This document shows, piece after piece, positions 8,285 to 16,641 of a stretch of 20,000 bases of DNA. The number at the start of each line of letters is the position of its first letter. Position 1 is the first letter of the stretch. The notes under the pieces are model-generated. The model saw only the letters and a list, made by a program, of their open reading frames with translations. It did not search any database and was not told where the DNA came from. The DNA comes from Clostridia bacterium (GTDB taxonomy: Bacteria > CBDUZB01 > JAGLHV01), in the NCBI GenBank assembly GCA_030637025.1, contig DAOVVV010000005.1, positions 61,608 through 81,607 on the forward strand. Reading direction: 5' to 3'. The position numbers were made by a program, and so were the translations under genes.

Positions 8285-10543
8285 ATGTTATCTGTTTTTC
8301 TTAAGTTTCTGAGTAAAAATAAATATCTTTTATTTATTCTGGGCCTATTTGTTTTGATTAGCGGATTATTATTAAATCCTGATTTGCCCATGGAAAACGA
8401 TGAACCGTATTATTTTGTTCTGGCTAAATCTTTATCCCTGCAAAAGGGATATGTCCATCTTTATTATCCGGGAGAGGGACTTGTTGATGTGGAATATCCT
8501 CCTTTGTATCCGATTTGTTTAGCGTTAATTATGAAACTGGTTGAGTATCAAGTTGTTTTTTTAAAAATACTTTCTCTTCTTTTCGGCGGGGCTGCCTTAA
8601 TTGCTGTATATATCTTTTTTACTAGAAAAAATAAAACTTCGTTTTTACCGGAAACAAAACAGAGTTTTTACTTATGGCTTTTATTCTTTACAGCAACCAA
8701 TTGGTGGTTTCTTTCTTTTTCTGTAATAATTGCTCCGGAAATTGCTTATCTTTTTTTCTCACTGGCAGCTCTTTATTTTTTGGAAAAATATAATCAGCAA
8801 ACAACTTTAATTAATAAATATTTGTTTGGGGCAATTTTATTACTGATAATGACTTTTTATACTAAAACGCTGGGCTTAGCCCTTATTATCGCTGCGGTTA
8901 TCTATTTTTTGTGGATTGAAAGAAAGTATAAAAAGGGTTTGGTTTTAGGGGGTATATCTTTGGGATTAATTTCCCCCTGGTTATTAAAAAATAGCTTAAT
9001 TACTAATGCAGACAAAGTAATATCTCAAAATTACTTAAATCAATTTTTCTTTGGCTATGAAGGGAATTTATGGAATATTATAAAAACCGTTGGTTTGAAT
9101 ATTTTTAATTATGGTAAAGCTATTGCTCATTTGCTGCTTCCCGGTTATTTTATGGGAGAATCCATGTTTGAGGGTTTATCCTATTCCCCCTTTTTTTGTA
9201 GTTTAATGAATAATGACAGGTTATTTAAGCCGCAGGTTTTACCGGTGGTTTCTTTTTTTATTATTGTCTTTTTTTGCGGAATGACTATTTTTGGTTTTAT
9301 CAGGCAGTTAATCAAAAAAAAGAGTTTAATGGAGATATATATACTTTGTTATTTAGGAATTATTATGATTTTTCCTTCTTGTTTTTATATTAATGCGGGG
9401 AAGCGGTATTTAGTTTCTTTACTTCCTTTTATATTATATTATTTTTTCAGGGGTATTTTTTTTGTTGAAAAATGGAGATTAAAAATTCAGGAAGAATCTC
9501 TAAAGGCCGGAAATAATAAAAAAGGTTTTTTGTATTTTAGTAATTTGTGGGTAATAAGCGGAATTGTTTTGCTGTTGGGTAATTTAATTCCGGATTTTTG
9601 GTCGGTAAAAGGGAATATTTCTTATTTAGCTGATTATAAAGTTTCCTCGGAAAAAGAAAAAAGGAACTATCATTCTTTTTGGCTTAACGATTATTTTACA
9701 CTGGCTGAGTGGATAAAAAAAAATACTCCCCCGGATGCGGTTCTAATGCATTTTTTCCCGGCTGCTTTTTATCTGCATACTGAACGCAAAGTAACTTTTT
9801 TTGATAGGCTTCCTTATTATCCGGAAGAGAGAAATTTTAACGATATTAAAGCCGATATTGAAAAGAGAAAAGTTGGGTATATCATCACAGGGTCGTCTAA
9901 ACAGGAGGAAATAGTTTCCTGGTTAAACATAGAACTTAGTCAATATGTTTTTATTCCTATCGCCGAAATAGAAGTAAATAGAGTGTATAAAGCGTTTAAA
10001 GTAAACTCGTTGATTAAAGAAAAGTATAAACAGGGAGCATTTTGGTATAAAGAGGGAAAATATGATTTAGCTATAGCAGAATTCCGGAAAGCACAAGCTA
10101 TAGTATCTACTTTTGTGGGTTATTTTAATTTAGGAAGATGTTACGAAGAAAAAGGGGAAAGAGAAAAAGCACAAAAAATGTATAAGCAGGCAGTGGTTTT
10201 ACAACCCGATTTTAAGGTAGGCAAAATTAGAGCGGATATTTTGTTTTATCAGCAATTAATTGATGTTCAACCACACAATTATCAACATTATTATCAATTG
10301 GGAAAAAGTTTTCTGGAAAGTTACCAGTATGATAAAGCAATTGATAATTTTTCAGGGGCTTTAGCCCTTAATCCGTCTTTTTATCAGGTACACTATTTTT
10401 TAGGTTTATCCTATCTGGGAAATAAAGATTACCGGGAAGCAATAATGGAGTTTAAAAAAGCTTTAATTTTAACACCTGAAATCAAATATAAAACGAAACA
10501 CTATTTGAAAATTGCCCGCAAATTAAGAAAGAGAAATAAATAG
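8285..10543 (+). CDS. GT-C fold membrane glycosyltransferase with C-terminal TPRs, paralog 4
   Basis: SD-like GAGG elements upstream. Motifs LLLNPDLPMENDEPYYFVLAKSLSLQKGY...EYPPLYP, FYTKT and WIKKNTPPDA. Two TPR blocks and tail KYKTKHYLKIARK. Confidence 0.8.
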   Translation: MLSVFLKFLSKNKYLLFILGLFVLISGLLLNPDLPMENDEPYYFVLAKSLSLQKGYVHLYYPGEGLVDVEYPPLYPICLALIMKLVEYQVVFLKILSLLFGGAALIAVYIFFTRKNKTSFLPETKQSFYLWLLFFTATNWWFLSFSVIIAPEIAYLFFSLAALYFLEKYNQQTTLINKYLFGAILLLIMTFYTKTLGLALIIAAVIYFLWIERKYKKGLVLGGISLGLISPWLLKNSLITNADKVISQNYLNQFFFGYEGNLWNIIKTVGLNIFNYGKAIAHLLLPGYFMGESMFEGLSYSPFFCSLMNNDRLFKPQVLPVVSFFIIVFFCGMTIFGFIRQLIKKKSLMEIYILCYLGIIMIFPSCFYINAGKRYLVSLLPFILYYFFRGIFFVEKWRLKIQEESLKAGNNKKGFLYFSNLWVISGIVLLLGNLIPDFWSVKGNISYLADYKVSSEKEKRNYHSFWLNDYFTLAEWIKKNTPPDAVLMHFFPAAFYLHTERKVTFFDRLPYYPEERNFNDIKADIEKRKVGYIITGSSKQEEIVSWLNIELSQYVFIPIAEIEVNRVYKAFKVNSLIKEKYKQGAFWYKEGKYDLAIAEFRKAQAIVSTFVGYFNLGRCYEEKGEREKAQKMYKQAVVLQPDFKVGKIRADILFYQQLIDVQPHNYQHYYQLGKSFLESYQYDKAIDNFSGALALNPSFYQVHYFLGLSYLGNKDYREAIMEFKKALILTPEIKYKTKHYLKIARKLRKRNK

Positions 10544-10588
10544 GGTTTCTGAAGAAAAACTACGGATTAAAGGAAATTAATCTTAAAA

Positions 10589-11992
10589 ATGAAAAAAATA
10601 TTATTACTCAATCCTCCCGGAGACCGTCCTTACATTAGAGACTATTATTGCAGCCATGTTTCTAAAGGGGTTTATTATTGGCCGGGCTATGACTTGCTGG
10701 TATTAAGTGGAATTTTAAGCAAGGAGTATCGGGTAGAAGTGTTGGATGCAATTATTTCCAGGATGAGTTTTGAAGAATGTTTCAGCCGAATTAAGGAGAT
10801 GGATATAGATGTAATAATTTTTATTACAGGTTCTGTTTCCTGGAGAGAGGATTTTTCTTTTCTGGAAAAGGTCAAAAAAGAAAAAAAAGTTTTAATGATT
10901 GCCAGTGGTGATTTTCTTCTTTTCCAGGGCAGTAAAATTATGAGGCAATTTCCGTTTTTGGATGCTGTTATTTTGGATTTTACTACGCGGAACATTTTAG
11001 ACTTTCTTGGTGGAGAAGGAAATGAAAAAAAAGATAATCTTATTATCAGAAAAGGTGAAGATATAATCGAGGGAAATAAGATTACAATTAAGGAATTCGA
11101 AATACCCATTCCCCGGCATGAACTTTTTCCTTTAAATAAATATAGTTTACCTCATTTAAGAAAACATCCTTTTGCCAGTGTTCTGACTGCTTTTGGTTGT
11201 CCTTATCAATGTTTGTTTTGTCCTTTCCAGAGAATACCGTTTAAAACACGTAAAATTGAGAATATTTTAGAAGAGTTTACCTATATTAGTTCTTTAGGGA
11301 TTAAAGAAATATGGTTTAGGGACCAGACTTTTTTAGCTAACAAAGGACACAGTCTTAAATTGTGCAAAGAGATGATAGAAAAAAAATTTGCCTTTAGCTG
11401 GAGTTGTGAAACCAGGGTTGATTTGCTTGATGAGGAGACTTTAAAGGTGATGAAAGCTGCCGGTTGCCACACGGTAATGTTAGGGGTAGAAAGTGCCAGA
11501 CAGGATATATTAGATAGATATAAAAAGGGGATTAAAATAGACCGGATAAAGGAAGCTTTTGCTCTTTGTAAAAAATTAAAAATAAAAACATTGGCACATT
11601 TTATTATAGGATTGCCGGGTGAAGATGAAGAATCGCAAAGGGAATTGATTGATTTAGCTAAGCAAATTGATTGTGATTATGCTTCTTTTAATATTGCCAG
11701 TCCGCAAATAGGGACTACTTTTCGTGATCAAGCAATAAGTAAGGGGTGGATTTCCGAGAAAACGGATATTATGGATAGTTCCTGTTCGTATCCGCTTATT
11801 GAGACAAAAAGTTTATCTAAGGAAAAGGTGTGGATGTTTCATCAACAGGCAGTAAGGGAATTTTATATGCGTCCCCGTTTTTTATTAAATAGAATATGCC
11901 GGCTAAAATCTATAAAAGAAGGCATTATTTTACTAAAAGAGGGTATTTATTTTTTAAGAGAAATTTTTTTTGTCCAAAACCAAAAAAGATGA
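10589..11992 (+). CDS. B12-binding-domain radical SAM protein (class B methylase/BchE/HpnJ-like architecture)
   Basis: N-terminal KILLLNPP Rossmann-like B12-binding start. CxxxCxxC motif GCPYQCLFC (Cys codons span 11198-11221). Downstream motifs WSCETRVD, LGVESA and AHFIIGLPGE are typical of this family. Confidence 0.9.
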   Translation: MKKILLLNPPGDRPYIRDYYCSHVSKGVYYWPGYDLLVLSGILSKEYRVEVLDAIISRMSFEECFSRIKEMDIDVIIFITGSVSWREDFSFLEKVKKEKKVLMIASGDFLLFQGSKIMRQFPFLDAVILDFTTRNILDFLGGEGNEKKDNLIIRKGEDIIEGNKITIKEFEIPIPRHELFPLNKYSLPHLRKHPFASVLTAFGCPYQCLFCPFQRIPFKTRKIENILEEFTYISSLGIKEIWFRDQTFLANKGHSLKLCKEMIEKKFAFSWSCETRVDLLDEETLKVMKAAGCHTVMLGVESARQDILDRYKKGIKIDRIKEAFALCKKLKIKTLAHFIIGLPGEDEESQRELIDLAKQIDCDYASFNIASPQIGTTFRDQAISKGWISEKTDIMDSSCSYPLIETKSLSKEKVWMFHQQAVREFYMRPRFLLNRICRLKSIKEGIILLKEGIYFLREIFFVQNQKR

Positions 11993-12060
11993 TTATTAAA
12001 CAGATAGTTTTCCATGTTAAATAAAAAAAATTTACTGTTAAATACTAATGTAAAAAAATA

Positions 12061-12089
12061 TTGAGATTATTACCTTTTCGTGTTATATT
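12061..12089 (+). promoter_or_regulatory. Putative sigma70-type promoter with extended -10 for the sigma54-like/TCS operon
   Basis: TTGAGA (12061-66), a 17-nt spacer, then TATATT (12084-89), with TG at 12081-82. An A-rich UP-like region lies upstream, in an intergenic gap. Confidence 0.6.
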
Positions 12090-12148
12090 TGTAATGGTGA
12101 TTTTTTTTGCATAAACCACAAAAATACATATTAGTTTTGGATAAAAAA

Positions 12149-13246
12149 ATGGGTATTTTACAGAATGAGCTAAATCAAACTCTAAAAACACAGCTAAGAA
12201 ATAAACTAATAGCCGCAATGAAATTGACCAATTTTATAGATTTTCCCGAAATAGAATTTTCTAAATTTATTAAAAACGTGGAAAATGATCCATTATTTAG
12301 AAAATTAAAAATAAAAAGACTGATAAGTTATCAACGATTGGTTAAATCGGGCCTTTCATCTAATTTTTTGCAATTTAAGGAAGAAATTAGCGTGAATAAT
12401 AGTAAAGTAGATTTAGAATCCTTATTAGAAGGTAAAGAAAAAATAATTCAAATAATCAGGGAATTAGGAATAAATAAATTTAAGAAATATTTTTTGTACG
12501 ATGAAATTAATTTGTCTTTACAAGAAATATCCCGAAAAACAGGTTTAGCAATATCCAGGATTAATAAAATTAACGATTTAATTAATGAAATTTCTATTCA
12601 TAGCGAATTTCACCACCCGTCGTTGATAAGTTCAGGAGAAAAAAAACATTATTTTAAAATAGCATCGGTTGAAAAAACAGAAGAAAATTCTTTTGTTATA
12701 GGATATTTTGTGCCTGATTATGTTAGAGGAAAGTATTTAATAAATTACGAAAAAATAAAGGAAGTCCAAAAAAACAATTTTTTTTCCAGGGAAGAAATTG
12801 AAAGAATGGATAAACTGCTTAAAGATTTAAATTTAATTAATATCAGAAAAACAACAATTCATCGGATAATTCAGAGCGGCATAGAAATTCAGTCTGATTA
12901 TTTAGGTTCGGAAGATATTAAAAACTTAATATCATTTACCCAAAGGGATTTATCCCGTAAATTAAATATAAATTCTAGTTTAATTTGCCGCTTAATTGGT
13001 AATAAAAGTATTGTTATGCCATGGGGAGAGGAAAAATCCTTAAAAGATTTTTTTCCTAATAAGAAAAAGATTAGAAAAATATTAGTTAAAAAAATTATAA
13101 ATAATGAAAAAGAGCATTATACCGATGAAAAGATTAAAAATAAGTTAAAGAAAGAATTTGCAATAAACATTTCTCGTCGCTCAGTAAATGTTTATCGGAG
13201 AGAATTAGGACTATACAATGGTTATAAAAAAAATAAAAGGAAATGA
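12149..13246 (+). CDS. rpoN: Divergent, short sigma-54 (RpoN)-like sigma factor
   Basis: ATG 12149 is preferred to TTG 12107. Region-I-like Q/L-rich start (LQNELNQTLKTQLRNKL...VENDPLF). RKTTIHRIIQSGIEIQSDYL resembles RRQTLLKVAEAIVERQ. HTH TQRDLSRKLNINSSLICRLIGNKSIVMPWG...LKDFF. TDEKI motif and RpoN-box-like ISRRSVNVYRRELG (13169-13210). About 365 aa. Confidence 0.75.
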   Translation: MGILQNELNQTLKTQLRNKLIAAMKLTNFIDFPEIEFSKFIKNVENDPLFRKLKIKRLISYQRLVKSGLSSNFLQFKEEISVNNSKVDLESLLEGKEKIIQIIRELGINKFKKYFLYDEINLSLQEISRKTGLAISRINKINDLINEISIHSEFHHPSLISSGEKKHYFKIASVEKTEENSFVIGYFVPDYVRGKYLINYEKIKEVQKNNFFSREEIERMDKLLKDLNLINIRKTTIHRIIQSGIEIQSDYLGSEDIKNLISFTQRDLSRKLNINSSLICRLIGNKSIVMPWGEEKSLKDFFPNKKKIRKILVKKIINNEKEHYTDEKIKNKLKKEFAINISRRSVNVYRRELGLYNGYKKNKRK

Positions 13247-13296
13247 TAGGTGTTTTTAAAATTAGTTGATTCTTGTAAAAAGGGGTAGGGGGCAAA

Positions 13297-14961
13297 ATGG
13301 CCAGGGGATGTATATTAGTAGTTGATGATGATTTATCCGTGAGAAATTTATGTGTTGATATTTTAGAAAAGGAGGGATATAAGGTAGATGATGTGGAAAG
13401 CGGGGAACAGGCTTTGGAGTTTATTAATAGTAATAATTATAATTTATTGCTTTTAGATATTAATTTGCCGAATATTAACGGGGTGGAAGTTTTAAAACGG
13501 GTAAAGAAAAAACACCTTCAATGTGAAGTAATTATGATGACTGCTTATGGAAATGTTAAAACAGCAGTAGAATCAATGCGGTTAGGTGCATATGATTATA
13601 TTTCTAAACCATTTAATGTTAAGAAATTTGCTGTATTAATAAGTCATTGTTTGGAAAAACAAAATTTAGTTACGGAAGTAAGTGAATTAAAAGAGATTGC
13701 TGCGTTATATAATTTAAGTAAGGCAATGAGTTCGACAATGAATCCGGAGCAATTACTTAATTTGATTTTAAAATCAGCTTGCAAATCTTTGCAGGCAGAT
13801 GGGGGTTCATTAATATTATTAAACCAGCGAAAAAAAGAATTAACAGTCAGGAATTGTTTGACGGTATTTGACGGTAAGATATTTAAAAGAAAAGTGCGTG
13901 TTAATGAGAAAATTGCTGATTTAAAGGATAAGATGAGAGAACCGAGAATAGTGGCTGGAAGACAGAGTATGGTTGAACATTTTAAGTTTGAGGATGAGTT
14001 TGAAAATGTAAAATCAAGAATGGTAGTTCCTTTAATGATTAAAAATGATGTTATAGGAATAGTCAATTTAAAAAGAGTGAAAGAAGATAAGAAATTTGTT
14101 GAACAGGATATAAAACTGCTTTCTATTTTTGCTAAAGATGCTGCCCTGGCAATAGAAAATACTCGAGCTTATCAAGCATTAGAAGATGCAAAGATAAATT
14201 TGGAGGAAGATGTAAGAAGAAGAACGGAAGAACTTTTAAAAGCACAGGAACAATTGGTTCAATCTGAAAAAATGTCTGCCTTGGGCCAATTAGCAGCCGG
14301 GGTTGCTCATCAGTTACGTAATCCACTGTATGTTATTATGTCTGCAGTTCAGTTTTGCCTTTCTAAATTTAACCTTGAGAAAGAGGTTAAAAAGAATCTG
14401 GAAGTAATTTTACGAAATATAGAAAATGCTGATAAGGTAGTAAAAGAATTACTTGAATTTTCCCGGCCATCAAAAATTAATTTTTACGTTTTATCCATTA
14501 CAGAAGTTCTCAATAAAGTCTGTCAATTAATACAACCAAGATGTTCTAATCAGAATGTTCGGGTAGTTAAGCAATTTTGTTCTTCTTTGCCTGAATTAAA
14601 GATTGATAAAGATCATTTGGAACAAGCTTTTTTGAATTTAACAATCAATTCACTTCAGTCAATGCCGGAAGGAGGGGTACTTACCGTTAAAACATATCTT
14701 AGTTCCAAAAATAAAGAAATTATCGTTGAATTTATTGATACAGGTTGTGGGATTTCCGAAAAATGTGCTAAGGAAATATTTAATCCATTTTTTACTACTA
14801 AATCCGATGGGGTAGGTTTAGGTATGTCTGTTGCTCATCAAGTAGTTGTCGGCCAACACAAGGGAAGAATTGAAGTAGAAAGTGAGGAAAATAAAGGCAC
14901 TGTTATAAAAGTATATTTACCTTGTTTTTACCTAAATTTGGCAATGCCAAAATCTAAGTAA
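13297..14961 (+). CDS. Cytoplasmic hybrid sensor histidine kinase (REC-GAF-HisKA-HATPase)
   Basis: REC (ILVVDDD, LLDINLP, MMTAYG, YISKPF), GAF (MVVPLMIKNDVIGIVNL...FVEQDIKLLSIFAKDAALAIEN), H-box AAGVAHQLRNPL, N-box LEQAFLNLTINS, G1 DTGCGI, F-box FNPFFTTK and G2 GVGLGM. No TM segments. Confidence 0.93.
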   Translation: MARGCILVVDDDLSVRNLCVDILEKEGYKVDDVESGEQALEFINSNNYNLLLLDINLPNINGVEVLKRVKKKHLQCEVIMMTAYGNVKTAVESMRLGAYDYISKPFNVKKFAVLISHCLEKQNLVTEVSELKEIAALYNLSKAMSSTMNPEQLLNLILKSACKSLQADGGSLILLNQRKKELTVRNCLTVFDGKIFKRKVRVNEKIADLKDKMREPRIVAGRQSMVEHFKFEDEFENVKSRMVVPLMIKNDVIGIVNLKRVKEDKKFVEQDIKLLSIFAKDAALAIENTRAYQALEDAKINLEEDVRRRTEELLKAQEQLVQSEKMSALGQLAAGVAHQLRNPLYVIMSAVQFCLSKFNLEKEVKKNLEVILRNIENADKVVKELLEFSRPSKINFYVLSITEVLNKVCQLIQPRCSNQNVRVVKQFCSSLPELKIDKDHLEQAFLNLTINSLQSMPEGGVLTVKTYLSSKNKEIIVEFIDTGCGISEKCAKEIFNPFFTTKSDGVGLGMSVAHQVVVGQHKGRIEVESEENKGTVIKVYLPCFYLNLAMPKSK

Positions 14962-14983
14962 AACAAAGTAGAAGGAGACAGAA

Positions 14984-16363
14984 ATGAAAACAATATTAAT
15001 CGTTGATGATGAACCGGATATTCTCTGGACGTTGTCTAATGTTTTAAAGGAAAAAGGATATTTTCCGATCACGGCTCAAAACGGAAAAGAAGGTTTAAAA
15101 AAACTGGAAGAAGAACAGCCCGATTTAGCTGTTTTAGATATAAGATTACCGGATATGAATGGAATAGAACTTCTAAAGCAAATGAAAAAAAAAGAACAGG
15201 ATTTATCTATAATTATGTTTACTGCTTATGGTGAAATAAATTCAGCGGTGGAAGCAATAAAATTAGGAGCATTTGATTATCTTAATAAACCGGTAGCCAA
15301 TGAAGAATTACTTTTAGTAATTGAAAGAGCGTTTAAGTCAAAAAATCTGAACGAGGAGGTAAAATTTCTCAGGCAGTGTTTACACGAAAAGATAGAAACA
15401 AAAAATATTTTAGGAAAAAGCCAGGTAATGAAAAATGTTTTTAGTCAAATAGACCAAGTTAGTCCGACAGATTTAACAGTTATTTTACAGGGGGAAAGTG
15501 GAACAGGAAAGGAAGTAGTTGCTCATTTGATTCACCAGAAAAGTTTAAGAAAGAATAGACCTTTTATTATTGTAGATTGTAGCACAATACCCGAAAGTTT
15601 AGTAGAAAGTGAACTCTTTGGTTATGAAAAAGGGGCATTTACCGGGGCGGACAGGAGAAAGTTAGGATATTTTGAATTGGCTAATGAAGGAACTATTTTT
15701 TTAGATGAAATAGGAAATTTACCTTCCTCTACTCAGGCTAAAATGTTAAGGGTTTTGGAAGAGCGAACAATACAACATTTGGGAGGTAAAAAAGTTATTA
15801 AAATAAATGTAAGGATTATTGTTGCTACTAATTTTCCTCTGGAAGAGGCAGTAAGAAAAGGTTGCTTTAGAGAAGATTTATACCATCGTTTAAACCAGTT
15901 TACTGTTTTTTTACCGCCTTTACATAAGCGAAAAGAAGATATTATTCCTTTGGCTCAATATTTTTTGAAAGAAGCTAATACGGAACTGCATAAACAAATA
16001 AATTGTTTTTCGCCTGAAGTACTTAAATTATTAGGGCAGTATTCCTGGTCAGGAAACATAAGAGAGATGAAAAACGTTATAAAAAGGGCGGTTCTTCTTG
16101 CGGATGAAACTATTTTTCCCCGACATTTACCGGAAAGGTTTCAGGTATTGTCTTCTGCATCAGAGGAGTTTATTTCCCGGGACAAAGGAATTATTATTTC
16201 TGAATCTTTAAATTTAAAACAGGCAATTGAACAATTAGAAAAAAAAGTGATTAAAAAAGTATTACAGGAAGTATCCGGTAACAAGTTAAAAGCAGCAAAA
16301 GTTTTAGGTATTGATCGGAAATCCCTTTATAATAAAATGAAAAAATTTGGCTTTAAAATGTAG
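14984..16363 (+). CDS. Sigma-54-dependent response regulator, NtrC/AtoC family EBP (REC-AAA+-Fis HTH)
   Basis: SD GAAGGAG. REC (ILIVDDE, VLDIRLP), Walker A GESGTGKE, intact GAFTGA (15632-15649), Walker B FLDEI, FREDLYHRL, WSGNIRE and HTH GNKLKAAKVLGIDRKSLYNKM. Confidence 0.96.
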   Translation: MKTILIVDDEPDILWTLSNVLKEKGYFPITAQNGKEGLKKLEEEQPDLAVLDIRLPDMNGIELLKQMKKKEQDLSIIMFTAYGEINSAVEAIKLGAFDYLNKPVANEELLLVIERAFKSKNLNEEVKFLRQCLHEKIETKNILGKSQVMKNVFSQIDQVSPTDLTVILQGESGTGKEVVAHLIHQKSLRKNRPFIIVDCSTIPESLVESELFGYEKGAFTGADRRKLGYFELANEGTIFLDEIGNLPSSTQAKMLRVLEERTIQHLGGKKVIKINVRIIVATNFPLEEAVRKGCFREDLYHRLNQFTVFLPPLHKRKEDIIPLAQYFLKEANTELHKQINCFSPEVLKLLGQYSWSGNIREMKNVIKRAVLLADETIFPRHLPERFQVLSSASEEFISRDKGIIISESLNLKQAIEQLEKKVIKKVLQEVSGNKLKAAKVLGIDRKSLYNKMKKFGFKM

Positions 16364-16396
16364 AAAAGTTACCCACTATGTAGAAAAAATCCACAC
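16359..16396. promoter_or_regulatory. Tandem putative EBP upstream activator sites
   Basis: TGTAGAAAAGTTACCCAC (16359-76) and TGTAGAAAAAATCCACAC (16379-96) at a 20-bp period. The second is a TGT-N11-ACA imperfect palindrome (TGTAGA-N5-TCCACA). Confidence 0.6.
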
Positions 16397-16501
16397 TTAA
16401 TAAATAAATAATTTATTATTCTAGTAACATTTTTATTTAAGACCTTTCCCTTAATTATTTCTGCAAAATCGCTTTTTCTTTCTTATTATCATTCCTGTGG
16501 A

Positions 16502-16641
16502 CAGACTATGTCATAACTCAGATTTTTATGTGGTAGCCGCAACCTTTCTTGTCTGACTCTGGGGGAAGGGTGCGTTATCGTCGGAGATTTTACGCAGGCT
16601 AAAGCCTGCGACTACCAAAAAGGGGATTATGAGACAGTCTG
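16502..16641. mobile_element. 140-bp non-autonomous MITE-like element with terminal inverted repeats and a 3-bp flanking direct repeat
   Basis: Left end CAGACTATGTCATAA versus reverse complement of the right end CAGACTGTCTCATAA (13/15 match). GGA on both sides (16499-501 and 16642-44). Markedly higher GC than the flanks. Confidence 0.7.
16531..16617. repeat. Inverted pair of GTAG-type REP-like palindromes (REPIN-like) inside the MITE
   Basis: TGGTAGCCGCA (16531-41) is inverted to TGCGACTACCA (16607-17) with 1 mismatch. Perfect hairpin CGCAGGCT-AA-AGCCTGCG at 16593-16610. Confidence 0.7.

Noticed and set aside
16593-16620. Hairpin CGCAGGCT-AA-AGCCTGCG as a rho-independent terminator of the EBP gene
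   Set aside because: There is no U-tract after it on the + strand. It is better explained as one arm of the REP-like pair inside the MITE.
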